From: Octopus bimaculoides
Taxonomy: Eukaryota
Reading direction: 5' to 3'
Assembly (NCBI RefSeq): GCF_001194135.2
Contig: NC_068985.1
Span: 32,082,865 to 32,146,864 of the forward strand
Length of the DNA: 64,000 bases
Shown: in pieces, positions 11,871 through 23,990 of the stretch
Layout of the letters: each line of letters opens with the position of its first letter
How positions within the stretch are numbered: position 1 is the stretch's first letter
Made by a program: the position numbers and the translations under genes
Notes under the pieces: generated by a model
Told to the model about the DNA's origin: nothing
The model's database searches: none
Seen by the model: only the letters and a program-made list of their open reading frames with translations

Positions 11871-12085
11871 ATTTCAATACTGCTCAGGTCAGTTTTCATA
11901 TACCTTTATCTCACAATTTCTATCAATCAAATTCCACTCAAAAGATATTAGTCAATTCAAGGTAGACACTCACAGTGAAGCACAGTGAGATTCAAACAAA
12001 GAAGCATATGGTTGCAAAATCAACTTCTTAACCATACATCAATGCCTGTGCCCAAATAACTCACAATAAATAACAATTCATTTAC

Positions 12086-12196
12086 CTTAATATACAAGAT
12101 TGGTATTGTCTGTTTAGACTTGCAGTAATGTCTAGCTACTCTATACACAGTCTCAGGAACATATTCCAGGACTAAATTCAGGAATACTTCATCTTT
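12086..12196 (-). CDS. GSK3B: GSK3 coding exon (exon 4 equivalent): hinge region
   Basis: tttcag|[37 protein letters not shown]|gtaaat; 111 nt; contained in track ORF 12020..12205. Confidence 0.97.
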
Positions 12197-12949
12197 CTGA
12201 AACATTAGAAAAAGAAAAAGAAATTTAAGATTTTTAAACCAGATTCAAAAACAAACAATAATATCATGTACTGAAATACATGACAACATCAGTTAGTTAA
12301 AAGTTAGCAAGTTTAACTGGTTAACAGCTCAAGTCTCATCTACTGAAATAGTGTAGGTAAACTCTAACAAATCAATGAAAATTTTCAACCTCAAACAGGT
12401 TTTTTCTCCTTATATATATTTCTTGGAGCCACAAACTCAAAATAACTAAAGCATAACATTTTTCTTGTTACTGTTCCTAGATATCAACTTAGCATGAATA
12501 CAATTACACATGGGAAATAATATGATCTTAACATGTTTACTTTTAATCAACTGTGTTTTAAAAAAGTTTTACATACACTTACACATAAAGAACCACTCTC
12601 ATTTACAACTGAGCAACTAAATATAACCCAACTGTAGACACTACTCTTTACCTCAATTCCAATTAATAATCAACAAAAAGAGAGAAGGTTCCTTTACTTG
12701 TAGTGAAGGAAATGTATCTAGGAAGCTGGGCATCAGTGTAAAAGGGTCTTCTATTAAGTTACAGTGAAGGACACCACTCAAAGGAAGCAGTCAATGTGAA
12801 TTAAAACTGATAAAGGGGAGAAAGTCCTGTAAGACAATATGTCTCATGAATCAGTGGCATGATAATTACATCCAGTCAAAAAATCCTAAGCAATAAATAA
12901 GCCACACCATATACTGAATAATAATTGCAATTGTATCAACAAAATTGAT

Positions 12950-14900
12950 ATGTATTGTTTTAACATTGCACTAATGAGTAGTGTCAGGTGTAAGCATTTA
13001 TGAACTATTAACTGCATAAGAGTGCACATTTTTAGAGGTGATGGCAAGTAGGTCAATGATACAGAGAAAGAAGAGGGGGGAGTTGAACTTTGGAGCATGC
13101 CAAAGTTGATTCAGAGTGGTGCAGAAAGTGCTCCATCAGCACATACTCTGAGAGTGTGATCTGCTAGGAAGTTACCATTGCAAGAGATGAGAAATGCATA
13201 AAGCTTGTAGACAGGAAGTTTCAATAGGAGATTCATATGGACATGGTTGGAAGTTTTGGTAATGTTGAGGACAATAGCATTGCTTTCAGTGAACTTTTCA
13301 AAAGATATATGACTTATGAGAGCAGATCTCTGGTAGATTTAATTCTACAGAAGCTTTACTATTGCTCAATGAAGGAAATTCAAAGTGTAGGACATCATTG
13401 TTTATGGTTGTCTCTAGTGCCTTTGAGATTACAAGTGAATGCAACAAAATGGTAGTTGGTTGGGTCAGAGTGGTTGCCTTTCTTGAGAATGGGACACGGT
13501 GCAGTAGATTTCCAAAAATGAGAGTAAATCCCCACAGAAAATGAGACATTAAAATGCTTGGTAAATATAGGAGCAGTGTTTGAATGTAATGGAACATTGT
13601 AAAGGTCAGTAGCTTTGTTGGTTTAACCCTTCAGCATTTAAACTGCATTTATCCAGCCCAAATATTTTACATGTTTTATGTTCAAACTGGCTAGATTTGG
13701 CCTCTCACACTTACCATACAATGTCAATCTAAAAACATAGAATCACATCATTGAAATCTCAAAGCTATGAGACGATGCATGATTAATTCAAACCAATTTG
13801 AATAAACACGCATTATGTTTGACAGAATAATCAGAATGATAAAGGGTTAAAGCAATCAGAGGTATTTTCTACATTTGGTAAGTGTATGTAAGATAAGGAA
13901 CTTGACAGGGTTAAAAGATTTGGTGGAAATTAACCAAGGATGTGAAGTGTTGAGTTGGATGTGAAGCAGGCAGTGAAGGTGGGGACTTTTCATTGCTGTT
14001 AAGGATTAGAGGAAAAGAAGATTCCACAAAGTTGGTGGAGATTCTTTATGTAAGAGATCAAGAGAATCAGCTGTAATTTTGGAGGTGGAAAGTTTTAGGG
14101 CTCAGCAGTGCACAAAGGATAGTGGTCTTACAAGAGTTACACTGTTCAGTTTTGGAAAGTGGGTGGGATTCTCCAAAGATTATTTTTCATCTGAACAGCA
14201 GCAGTGCAGTTATGTGTGAGTTACTGGGAAGTGAGGTGTTGACTGAGGGCATTAAGTTTTTATTGTGCGTATACAGAGGGACATGTCTAAAAGAATAGCT
14301 TCATTTACTTGCTAAGCTGTTTCTTATTGTCAGGAGTGAAACACATATGGAGGGGAGCGTCTGGAAGAAAGAGAGTACTGTGTAGTATGTGGTGAGTGTT
14401 GGATAGTTGCAATGAGGTTGGATGACCATGTAAGTATGATAGGTAGAAATAGAGTTACGGGTTGTCAAAAGTTAGGTCTTTCAGGTGAGAAAGAGATAAG
14501 TGTGTTTGAGGTGTCTGTGTGTCAATTTGGAAAGTAAACAGAGGATGACACAAGAGATGTAGAAAGTTGAGAACTGAAAAAGATTTGGCTTTTGGAGAAA
14601 GGTGAAATACGATATATGAACTTGATGTAGGAGAAAATATGGTCTAAGAGATGCTAATACTTTGAAGAATACACAGAGTGGTAAAAGGAACAGGTGTATT
14701 CTGGAGAAGACAGAGGGAGACTTTGACTCAGAGTAACAAAAAGTCATTATTGCTGAAATCCAAGTGAGAGAGGTGAGTGACAGAGTAGAGATTGCATATG
14801 CATTTTTGAAGTTTCAGTACAGTGTAGTTTGAGTGTAGCAGAGATGGATTGTAGATAGGATGAGAAATTTGCCTCTAGCTGGAAATAAGTGCTTGTAAGC
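12950..14900 (-). mobile_element. Decayed CR1/L2 (Jockey-group) LINE ORF2, interrupted by a MITE
   Basis: Minus frame FWKSTAPCPILKKGNHSDPTNYHFVAFT (RT subdomain 1-2 type) at about 13440-13520; YADD-like HSYAVN at about 13000; same family as 57570-58950. Confidence 0.65.
13627..13846. mobile_element. 220-bp piggyBac-type MITE
   Basis: TTAA|CCCTTCAGCATT ... AATGATAAAGGG|TTAA; homologous to 47427-47646. Confidence 0.85.
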
Positions 14901-15294
14901 TGGGCATTTAGGATAAGAAAAAGAATAAAATCTTATTAGCATTGCCATGATTTTCACCAAAAACCTGATGGGTTAATTCAGATTCTTTCCATAATATGAC
15001 TGCCACTTTGAATTATCTTCCATGAAGAACAATTTTACTACAATCAATTATACTCGGTAATTACTATTTGCTCTAAACAAGGATATTTCAGATCACTAAA
15101 TATCATCATACACATCGTGTGAATAAAAAATGCTCAAATTTGTATTATCGATACAAAACAGATTCAGTAGCATTCAACCTAAGCCAATACAAATACATAA
15201 AATTAGAATACAATAGTATTTTTCAGCATTGAAATTTATTCAAATTTATTCATCATGCAAATTATTTTGTAAATTCCTCCTATTTATCATTGTC

Positions 15295-16109
15295 CGTCAG
15301 GCCATAACAGAGGTATTTAAAACTTGAAACCCATGGCAACTACTATATGCTGATGACATTGCTCCCTCAGCATAATCTGTAACAGAATTAGAAAAGAAAT
15401 TCCAGGTGTGGAAACAGAACCCAGAATTAAAGGGTCTTAAAGTTAAATTAGCAAAGACCAAGGTCCTAGTAAGCAAGAAAGTGGACAAGACCCTTCACTC
15501 TTCAGGTAAATGGCCTTGTTCAATATGCAGAAAGAGAAGAATAAAGGTGATACGCTCTGCAGGATGTGCAATGTCAGTGTATGTGTGCCAGAGTACTGGT
15601 GTATCATGAAAATGGTTAGGCATAAAAGGAATTATATGCAGTGTGAAAGAAACGAGACTGTGCTGATTTGGTCATGTGATGCAGATGGAGGAGGACAGTT
15701 GCATAATGAAGGGCTGATCATTTAGAGTGAAAAGAAGTTGTGGAAGAGGGAGGCCCAGTAAAACATGAGACAGAGTATTGAAGACTGATCTCAAAACGCT
15801 GAGTCTTACAAAGGAGATGACAGGGGACTAAGATATGTGGAAATACTGTACTCAAGAAGACCTGCCCACCACAACAGAATTGATATTCTAAAACAAAGGT
15901 ACCACATAAAGAAGCTTTAGTGTGGCTGCTGATTGCACATAAAAAGCACCCAATACACTCTGTAAAGTGGTTGGCATTAGGAAGGGCATCTACCTGTAGA
16001 AACTAAGCCAAAACAGATTATGGAACCTGGTGCAGCCCCTGACCGTACCAGTTCCTGTCAAACCGTCCAACCCATGCCAGCATGGAAAATGGATGATGAT
16101 GATAATGAT
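15295..16109 (+). mobile_element. Internally deleted RTE LINE (RT end, start of Cys finger, C-terminus, tail)
   Basis: LLYADDIA, GLKVKLAKTKVLVS, GKWPCSICRK, then a jump to the C-terminus; the tail ends GATGATGATGATAATGAT at 16109. Confidence 0.8.
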
Positions 16110-16127
16110 ATAACAAAACTAATTTAC

Positions 16128-16211
16128 CTTTTCACCTGAGGAATAGAAAAAATATTTCAGTTTTACTATGTTCTGATGTTCCAATTTTCTCATGATCTGT
16201 AATTCTCGATT
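16128..16211 (-). CDS. GSK3B: GSK3 coding exon (exon 3 equivalent): alphaC helix
   Basis: tctttatag|[28 protein letters not shown]|gtaaat; 84 nt, phase 0/0, joins exon 2 (...RFK) in frame. Confidence 0.97.
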
Positions 16212-16484
16212 CTATAAAGAGAAAAAGAAAATAGAATTATTTTATTTTATTTTTTTGGCTCACTATTGAGATAAAAATGTGGGGGTGTGAGTAGAAAAAA
16301 GAGATGGCAAGGGGAAGCAATAAGGGGGAGAGAGGAGAAGCAGGAGAGAGAGTTCAGGGGAACATTTAATAATATTAAAAATTAAAATGAAAATAGAATT
16401 TTTATATTTTTCAGCTTCTCTTTTGATTAGTATTTTTTTTTAAAAACGGAATAATACGATATAGTTCAGTATTACATTCGATAA

Positions 16485-16695
16485 TAACTGCTTCTAACAT
16501 AAGCACAAGGCCAGACACTTTTGGAAAAGGGTTAGTCACAATACTTAACAGTAACTTTATCTTACTGAATCCCAAATGGATGGAAGGGAAAATTAACCAT
16601 GGTTAATTTGAACTTGAAGCATAAAGTGACTGTAACTAAATGCCACAAGGCATCTTTTCCATTTGTTCTTATGAGTCTGCCAACTCATTGCCTTA
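16485..16695 (-). mobile_element. tRNA-derived SINE (same family as 49520-49975), minus strand
   Basis: Reverse complement GGCAATGAGTTGGCAGACTC...GTTCAAATTAACC...CCTTCCATCC...GGCCTTGTGCTTATGTTAGAAGCAGTTATT. Confidence 0.6.
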
Positions 16696-17463
16696 AATTT
16701 TTTTTTTTTTTTTTAAAGTTTGCCTAGAGGAAAGGGCTGTGCCTTTGGTCTTTTCAAGCTGTCTGAGATTGGCGAGATTGATTTTGGTAATGTTCCATTT
16801 GAACTATTGCAAGTCAACAACAAGAGACAAAAAACAAAACATTTGCAATGAAAGAATCCAAAGGGCCAATTTTATCAGAAGAAAGGACTAATGTGGGGTG
16901 CCAATGTGGTCTGGCAAAAATTGCATGATGGGAGAAGAGAAGAGCCACTTGAAAGCAAAAGCCTCATTTTCTTTTTTCAAATTAAAAATCAAACAGAACG
17001 TTTTGAACACATTTGTGATTATCATATAGTAAATTCAATATCCAGATAGTAATATTCAAATAGTAAATTCAAATATCCAAATCAGTACCTTTAGCATCTT
17101 AAAGTACGTGGTAAAATCTGAAAGTTTTAGCATGATTTCATCCAAATTTAACAAAGAGTACAAATATTTTTATTACACATTTCAACATCTAGCTATTTGA
17201 TGACAGAAAAACAGTTGACTGAAACCTTAACTATGTTCACTTTAATGTTTGTAATTCCTATTGCTTCTGAATTGGCCATGTAAGAAAAACAAAAGTCAGT
17301 TATATGTATAAGTTTTAATCCAACACTAAACACAAAATATACCAAACTTCACAAATCATCAGCATGATTAAACCTCCATTCGTTTTAGAGTTAGAATACT
17401 GGAAGTTGAAAAATTTATATTTATTTGGAATAAGTTTAAGAAAAATAATGAGAAAAAAACACA

Positions 17464-19322
17464 TGGAAATCAAATTGTTGGATCAGGTGATGAAAGTTAC
17501 AGAGAGAGTCATAGCCCAACTAATTAGGGAGAGAGTTAGCTTAGATGAGATGCCAGGGAGAAGTGCCACTGATGCTATATTTCTGGTAAGGTAACTGCAG
17601 GATAAATACATAGCCAAAGATAAACCTCTGTACTTGGCCTTTGTTGAGTTGGAGAAAACCTTTGACAGGGTCCCCTGATCCTTTATTTGGTGGTCAAAGC
17701 AGAAACTAGGGATAGACGAGTGGTTGGTGAGAGCTGTACAAGCTATGTACAGGGATGCTACCAGTAAGGGTTGGCAATGAGTACAGTGAAGAATTCAGAG
17801 TACAAGTAGGGGTTCACCAAGGATCGGTGCTCAGCCTTCTCTTGTTCGTCATAGTCCTCCAGGCAATAACAGAATAATTTAAGACAGGCTGGGAGCTCCT
17901 CTATGATAATAACCTTGCTTTTATTGATGAATCACAACCAGAACTAGAGAAGTTCCAGGTATGGAAGCAAGGTCTAGAATCAAAGGGCCTTAGAATTAAC
18001 CTAGCAAAAACCAAAGTCTTAGTAATTAGGAAGGCAGCCAAATCACAGATCCCTTCAAGTAAATGGCCCTGCTTGATCTGTAGAAAAGGTGTAGGTAGAG
18101 ACTCCATATGATGCACTCGATGTAAGCTTTGGGCACATAAACAGTGCAGCAATATCAGAGAAAGGTTAACAGGGAAAATAGCTTTTGTATATGGAAGATG
18201 CACAAGCACAATAAACACTGAAAATGCATAGAAAATAGACTCTATCAACTGCCAGGGGAGCAAGCTAGGGGTAGTAGATAGCTTTCGTTATCTAGGTAAC
18301 CAAGTTAGTAGTGAAGGTGGATGCTCTGAAAGCGTAGCTGTGAGAATAAGATTAGGCTGGGCAAAGTTCAGAGAGGTCCTACCTCTGCTGGCAACAAAGG
18401 GCCTCTTTCTCAGAGTAAATGGCAGATTGTATGATGCTTGTGTGCGAACAGCTATGCTACATGGCAGTGAAACATGGGCTGTGACAGCTGAGGATATGTA
18501 TAGACTTGGAAGAAATGAAGCCAGTATTTTTTGCTGGATGTGCAATGTCAGTATGCATGTTTGACAGTGTGTAAGCATCTTGAGAGAAAAGTTAGACATA
18601 AGAGGCATCAGATGTGGTGTGCAAGAGAGACAACTGCGCTGGTATGGTCATGTGATGTGTATGGATGAGTACAGCTGTGTAAAGAAGTGTTGATCTCTGT
18701 AGAGGGAACCTGTGGTAGAGGTAGACCCAGGAAGACATGGGACGAGGTGGTGAAGCATGGTCTTCAAACTTTGAGCTTCACAGAGGCAATGACTAGTGAC
18801 CGAGACCCTTGGTAATATGTTGTGCTTGAGAAGACCTATCAAGCCAAATGAAAACGTAGCCATGGCCAATTCTGATGTCATGTAACTGGCACCCATGCCG
18901 GTGGCACCTTTCAAGCTTTGGGCCTCATGTTGGCAAATTGGCTGAGTTCTTTTCAAGCGTTAGGCCTCACAGAGGCAAAGTGGCTGAGTTCCTTTCAAGC
19001 AACGGCCCTCAGGGAAGCAAAGTGGCTGAGTTCCTTTTGAGTGTTGGGCCTCACAGAGGCAGCAACCAAGACCCTTGGCATTATATTGTGCTTGAGAAGA
19101 AGACTCATCAAGCTAAGCAAAATCAGTTGTGACAGATACTGATGTCACGCAAATGGCTTGTAAAAGCACCCATTACACTCTCAGAGTGGTTGGCATTAGG
19201 AAGGGCATTCAGTCATAGAAAACCATGCCAAATCAGACTGGAGTCTGGTGCAGCCTTCTAGCTTACCAGTCCTGGTAAAACTGTCCAACCATGGACAACG
19301 GACGTTAAATGATGGTGATGAT
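17464..19322 (+). mobile_element. 5'-truncated RTE LINE: RT, PHD-like insertion, C-terminus and 3' UTR
   Basis: IKLLDQVMKVTERV, SATDAIFLVR, LAFVELEKTFDRVP, VHQGSVLS, KWPCLICRKG...CTRCKLWAHKQC...GRC, FRYLGNQ, LRWYGHV, GRPRKTW; (GAT)n end at about 19320. Confidence 0.92.
18920..19061 (+). repeat. 42-bp tandem repeat (about 3.4 units) in the RTE 3' UTR
   Basis: Units GGGCCTCATGTTGGCAAATTGGCTGAGTTCTTTTCAAGCGTT / AGGCCTCACAGAGGCAAAGTGGCTGAGTTCCTTTCAAGCAAC / GGCCCTCAGGGAAGCAAAGTGGCTGAGTTCCTTTTGAGTGTT plus a partial unit. Confidence 0.85.
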
Positions 19323-20099
19323 GAAACCATTGGTTTCTGTTAGATGAAGCTCAGAAGGGTCAGATGCCTGATGACTTGAGAAATTCCTAAGAAGGAAAAT
19401 TAGTCAAAACGCTACTTGTTTTTGGTAAAATCTTAAAATAGTAACTGTAAACAAAGACTATTATGTGCCTGACAAAACTCCTGCCAAAAAAAACAATGGA
19501 AAGTGGTCAAGCCTGATACATTAAATTCAAATCATAAAGAAACCAAAATATAAGATACTTTTAAAAAATTGCCAAAATAGCAATATAATCTTCTACATTA
19601 ATTTGTTATTTGATAATTAGCAAGTTACCACCTTGATCAACTGCTTCATGAGTAAGGTTTAAAACTGCTAAACCAAATGAAATGGGTGGTTATGAAGGTA
19701 ATAGTTAGGCTAGAGCAGAACAGAAACAACATGAATTCTGGGTTTCAATTAAGAATAGATGCCATATTTCTAATGAAAAAACTGCAAGTTTTACCTAAAA
19801 ATAATTCATATTGCTTATTTGATTTGAAGATATTTGAAAGTTGTTAGGTTTTGATTATTAGGTTGTGCAAGCTAAGGACTAAATGTGGACTTCAGAAATA
19901 GAAGCCCACCAGCACTCTGATATTCAAATAACTTCATTTCTATGATAGAATAAATTCAAGACTAACAGAATTTTGATAAATTTCATGGTTTTAATCAATG
20001 GTTAGGATTTCTACAGCTCTATAGCATCAAAGAAATGGTCTGGTTCACAAAGACAATAGGCATAACTTGGCAAGAATGCAGTTATAGTTGGAAATATTA

Positions 20100-20350
20100 A
20101 ATAAGTTTTCTTGAATTTGCTGCATAAGAGTTAGAAATGGGGATAGTGAAGTAGTTAGAACCTATTATAACCAGAAGTCTTGAGAACATTTGGTTCTTAC
20201 AGAATACAAGAGTCTATTTTTTGCATAAAAAAGGTAAATTGTATGAGTCAAATATCGGAAGTGTAATGATAAATAGTTGTGAAAGTTGGACAATAAAAGG
20301 ATATTTTCAACAAATGGAGAATGCACATAGCTGAATGTATTATAATATGA
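20100..20350 (+). mobile_element. Old RTE C-terminal fragment
   Basis: KKGKLYESNIGSVMINSCESWTIK resembles KGRLYDACVRTAMLHGSETWAV of the younger copies. Confidence 0.5.
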
Positions 20351-20679
20351 GTAAGAAAGTTAATGTATATGTAAAATAATTAAAAGTGAAGTTTGTAATT
20401 TAAAGCATTGGATAATATAAAAACTTTGGTGTGTAATAAAAATTATATGATGGTAACCAAGTCTGACAAAAATGCAGATAATTCTGGTTAAACTCTGGCA
20501 GTTTAAGATAATGTGTGAACTACTGAAGAATTTTGCTGATAGTAAGTCAATAATGAATATATAAATGGAGACAACATGAAACAACAGAAGAATTACCAAT
20601 GCAAAAAACAGGAAACTATACAATACTACAAATTCGATCAAAATGTGCTATTATAAAATACAAAGACATAAAAAACAAA

Positions 20680-20870
20680 CCTTATGATGACGATATTTAT
20701 CCCAGGTCGACCAGGACAGACCTACTATCAAAAGACAGCCTAGTCATGACCCTCACATCTTTTATCATTATCTGATAGTTTTTTGGCAGGCGGGGAGTTG
20801 ACTTAGCAAGAAAAGTAAGGGTAACATTTACAACCATTTGGGGACTCTAAGATTGGTGGAGAAAAGAGAA
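20680..20870 (-). mobile_element. (AAC)n-tail SINE family copy, minus strand
   Basis: CCCAGGTCGACCAGGACAGACCTACTATCAAAAG...CATGACC is the reverse complement of the 3' part of 38830-39062. Confidence 0.5.
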
Positions 20871-21722
20871 GAACCAAGACTCATGGGTTATCTTTAGGCA
20901 GGAGACTTGGTCCAAATTCTTGTAGCAAACTAGACTTTGCTGAAGGTGATGGTGTTAAACTAGGTACTGAATCATGTCTACCATTCAAGAAATGGTACAG
21001 TTCATTCAGTAAGTTTCTACATAAATTGCATATACATAATTTCCCTAACAAGACTTGGACTGATTTAAACTTATGATAGAAGATAGTTGTCCAAAAGATC
21101 ACTGGGATCAAACCTAGACTCATGTGATTCTAAGCAAACTTTTTAATCCTGGGCCATGCTCGTGACCAGTACAAATTGAGAAATAAATTTTTCGCAAGTT
21201 GGATGAGCACATACAACTATATGTATTAAACAAGTACTAACCTGTTTAGGATATCCTCAAATTTTAGTGTAACTATACAATTTACAAAATGTTCACAAAT
21301 GGGATGAATATATTTAGTTCTACTGTTGAACTGATGCCAAATATGACTAAATGTCCTTAAATTAAAAGGTACAAGTGAAAAAAGAAAATCTTTTAATGAG
21401 CTGAAGAGTTTATTTACGTTCATATATTTTCTTAAACAACTTGGGTTTAGTCATAACAATAAGATTTAATCAAAAGATTTGATTAAAAGTCACATGGTAT
21501 ATAAGTTACAGAACAATGTCAAGATGTTTTGTTACTATTCTATTGTGAAAAATAATCATTCTAATGTTACCTAATTACAACATAATTTGACCTTTTCTCA
21601 TACATAGACACCATGTTAATTATAACATTTTTCTTTTCCAGTGACCTTCTGTAAAAAAAAAAAAATTAATGCTAACTAATCTTAAAGGGTATGGTGACAG
21701 TACTATAATAAATCTGTTTACC

Positions 21723-21725
<3 letters not shown>

Positions 21726-21769
<44 letters not shown>

Positions 21770-21781
21770 CACACACACACA
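21726..21781. repeat. (TA)n(CA)n microsatellite
   Basis: Direct reading. Confidence 0.95.
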
Positions 21782-23348
21782 TTACTGTTAATCTTGACTT
21801 CTAAATAGAAATTGTCATCAATGAGAATAAATTTTTCATGAAAATTAAGAGAATATTTAATTAAAACTAAATCCTTTACAAAATCAATTAGTATAGTCTT
21901 CTAATAAGATGAATCTTTCATTAAAAGGTTTCAGAAATGTTCAATGAGACATTAAAAGATAGAAAATGGATAGAAAAATACTATTAGACAGAATAAGAAA
22001 GACAGGAGAAGCAAAAAGCATAAAAATCACTCTTAAAGGGAGTTGAAATCTTGCAACTTGTTATAAAATCTCTCTAAAATGGTTGACAATTACCAGTGGA
22101 CAAAAATTTCAATGAACATTAGTTACTAATGTAGATCTGTATGTCACAATAGACAAACTGAAATTCCAGGTCAGCAAGAGGATATGTTCAAACATATTTT
22201 GGTGTGACAAAGCATATCTATCCAAAGACTTCTGACCCAACATTTTAGTCAATTTAACGAAATGGCCTACATTTCTTTGATTCTAGTGATTTAGAATTCT
22301 GTACTTCATTGGGAATTAGGTGTCACACTTCATATGTATATTCAAAAGGAGTCTATGCAAGAGTCATTCAAATTCATTTGCAGGAAGCTTTCACCTGATT
22401 TGTTTTTAATTATTCCAGTGATGAGCATTTCCCAGTGAAGTTTATGACCAAAGAAGGTGAATAAATACTGTTGTTTACTAACTGAATGTCATAGTAAAAA
22501 GACTTGAGGAGTGAACTGCAAATAAGTATTTATGTTAAGGTAGAAAATGCATTTTATAAATACTAGTAAAATTTAATTCAACTGCAAGTAGAAAAGAGAG
22601 ATGTTCATTGATTAGAAAATGATTTTGGATTTTCAATGGCTGAGACATGGTTAAAGATAAAAATAAAAAGGCTGTGTCACATGATCCAAAAGTATGTTAT
22701 GTGTATATAATAACACTTGTATGTTTTTAAATCTAGTTAGAAGTGCAAGGAGAAGTTTGAAGTGATGAAAAAGCAGTTCAAGAATACAGTATCTGAAGGT
22801 AACGTGGTGACTAGCATGTAATCAGGACTGACAGATTTTAAGTATTAAGGAAAATGATGATGCATAGTAAAGAAAATGAGTGATTTTCTATTGTCTTCTG
22901 CAATCCACAAAAGAATATTTGAACTGAGTGCAGCACATTATTAAACTAGTTAATTATAGAATGCCCAACTGCTTGCAGTATCTGTTAACAGCTTTATGAA
23001 TTGAAACAGTGACAATTATATGCTACTGTCAATTACATAGCAAAGTAAATTATTTCATAATTATTAGAGCCTGAGTAAAGTGGGTTCTAATAAATATTTG
23101 AGCTGTGGGTGCAGATTTTGATGGGAGAAGTTGTAAATACTTGAAAATATTATTTTATACAATTTCTTTTCGCACATTTCTGCTTGATAATTTTATCTAC
23201 TGGAAAGAAATGACCACACCATAAATGAAATTAAATTTCAAGTATTAGTTCCTTAAATGATTTTAAGACAATCTTTTGTTCATTGTCAACACATCTAGAC
23301 TTTGGTGGTTAATAAGAAATCTTTCTCTGAAGATACTTTTACAAGCAA

Positions 23349-23403
23349 NNNNNNNNNNNNNNNNNNNNNNNNNNNNNNNNNNNNNNNNNNNNNNNNNNNN
23401 NNN
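23349..23403. other. Assembly gap (N)
   Basis: Run of N. Confidence 1.
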
Positions 23404-23654
23404 ACACAGATGAATAAATGCCACAAATGTTTAGCAGGGAATCCTACTTAAAAACCTGTAATGGCATTCATCTTCCATACAAACTTTTATGTTTTAAAGA
23501 AGATGCAAAAGCAAACCAACATTTTTACATTCTTAAATTCATAAAAGAAAGGTGTCGAAACGCTTAGTTTTAGAATGGTGGCAGCTGATGAAGGAAATGT
23601 TCTCTATGTGGCCTGTGTGTTTTCCGTACTCTGTTTATGTTCGGTTTTTCATTC

Positions 23655-23990
23655 TGACCAAAGCCTTGGAAGAGGATTTGGTAGATGGAAACTGAAAGAG
23701 GCCCATTGTGCCCCAGCATGGCCGTAATCTAATGACTGAAACAAGTAAAAGATAAAATGTATGTGTGTGTGTGTGTGTGTTTGTCTCTGTCCCCTTCCAT
23801 TGCTCGACAACTGGTGTTGGGTGTGTTTACATCCCAGAACTTAGCAGTTTGGTAAAAAAAAATCACCAATAGAATAAGTACCAGGCTTAAGAAACAAAAA
23901 AAAAAAGAGTATTGAGGTTGATTCGTTTGACAAAAACTCTTCAAGGGAGTGCCCCAGCATGGTGACTGAAACAAGGAAAACAATAAAAGA
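23655..23990 (+). mobile_element. Headless rearranged tRNA-SINE (core, terminal segment, (TG)n, full tail)
   Basis: Core CTGACCAAAGCCTTG...GGAAACTGAAAGAGGCCC; the terminal segment GTGCCCCAGCATGG...GACTGAAACAAG occurs twice (about 23707 and 23949). Confidence 0.7.

Noticed and set aside
18920-19061. Regularly spaced repeats resembling a CRISPR array
   Set aside because: The whole 42-bp unit is repeated with no unique spacers; it lies in a LINE 3' UTR in eukaryotic DNA, with no cas genes.
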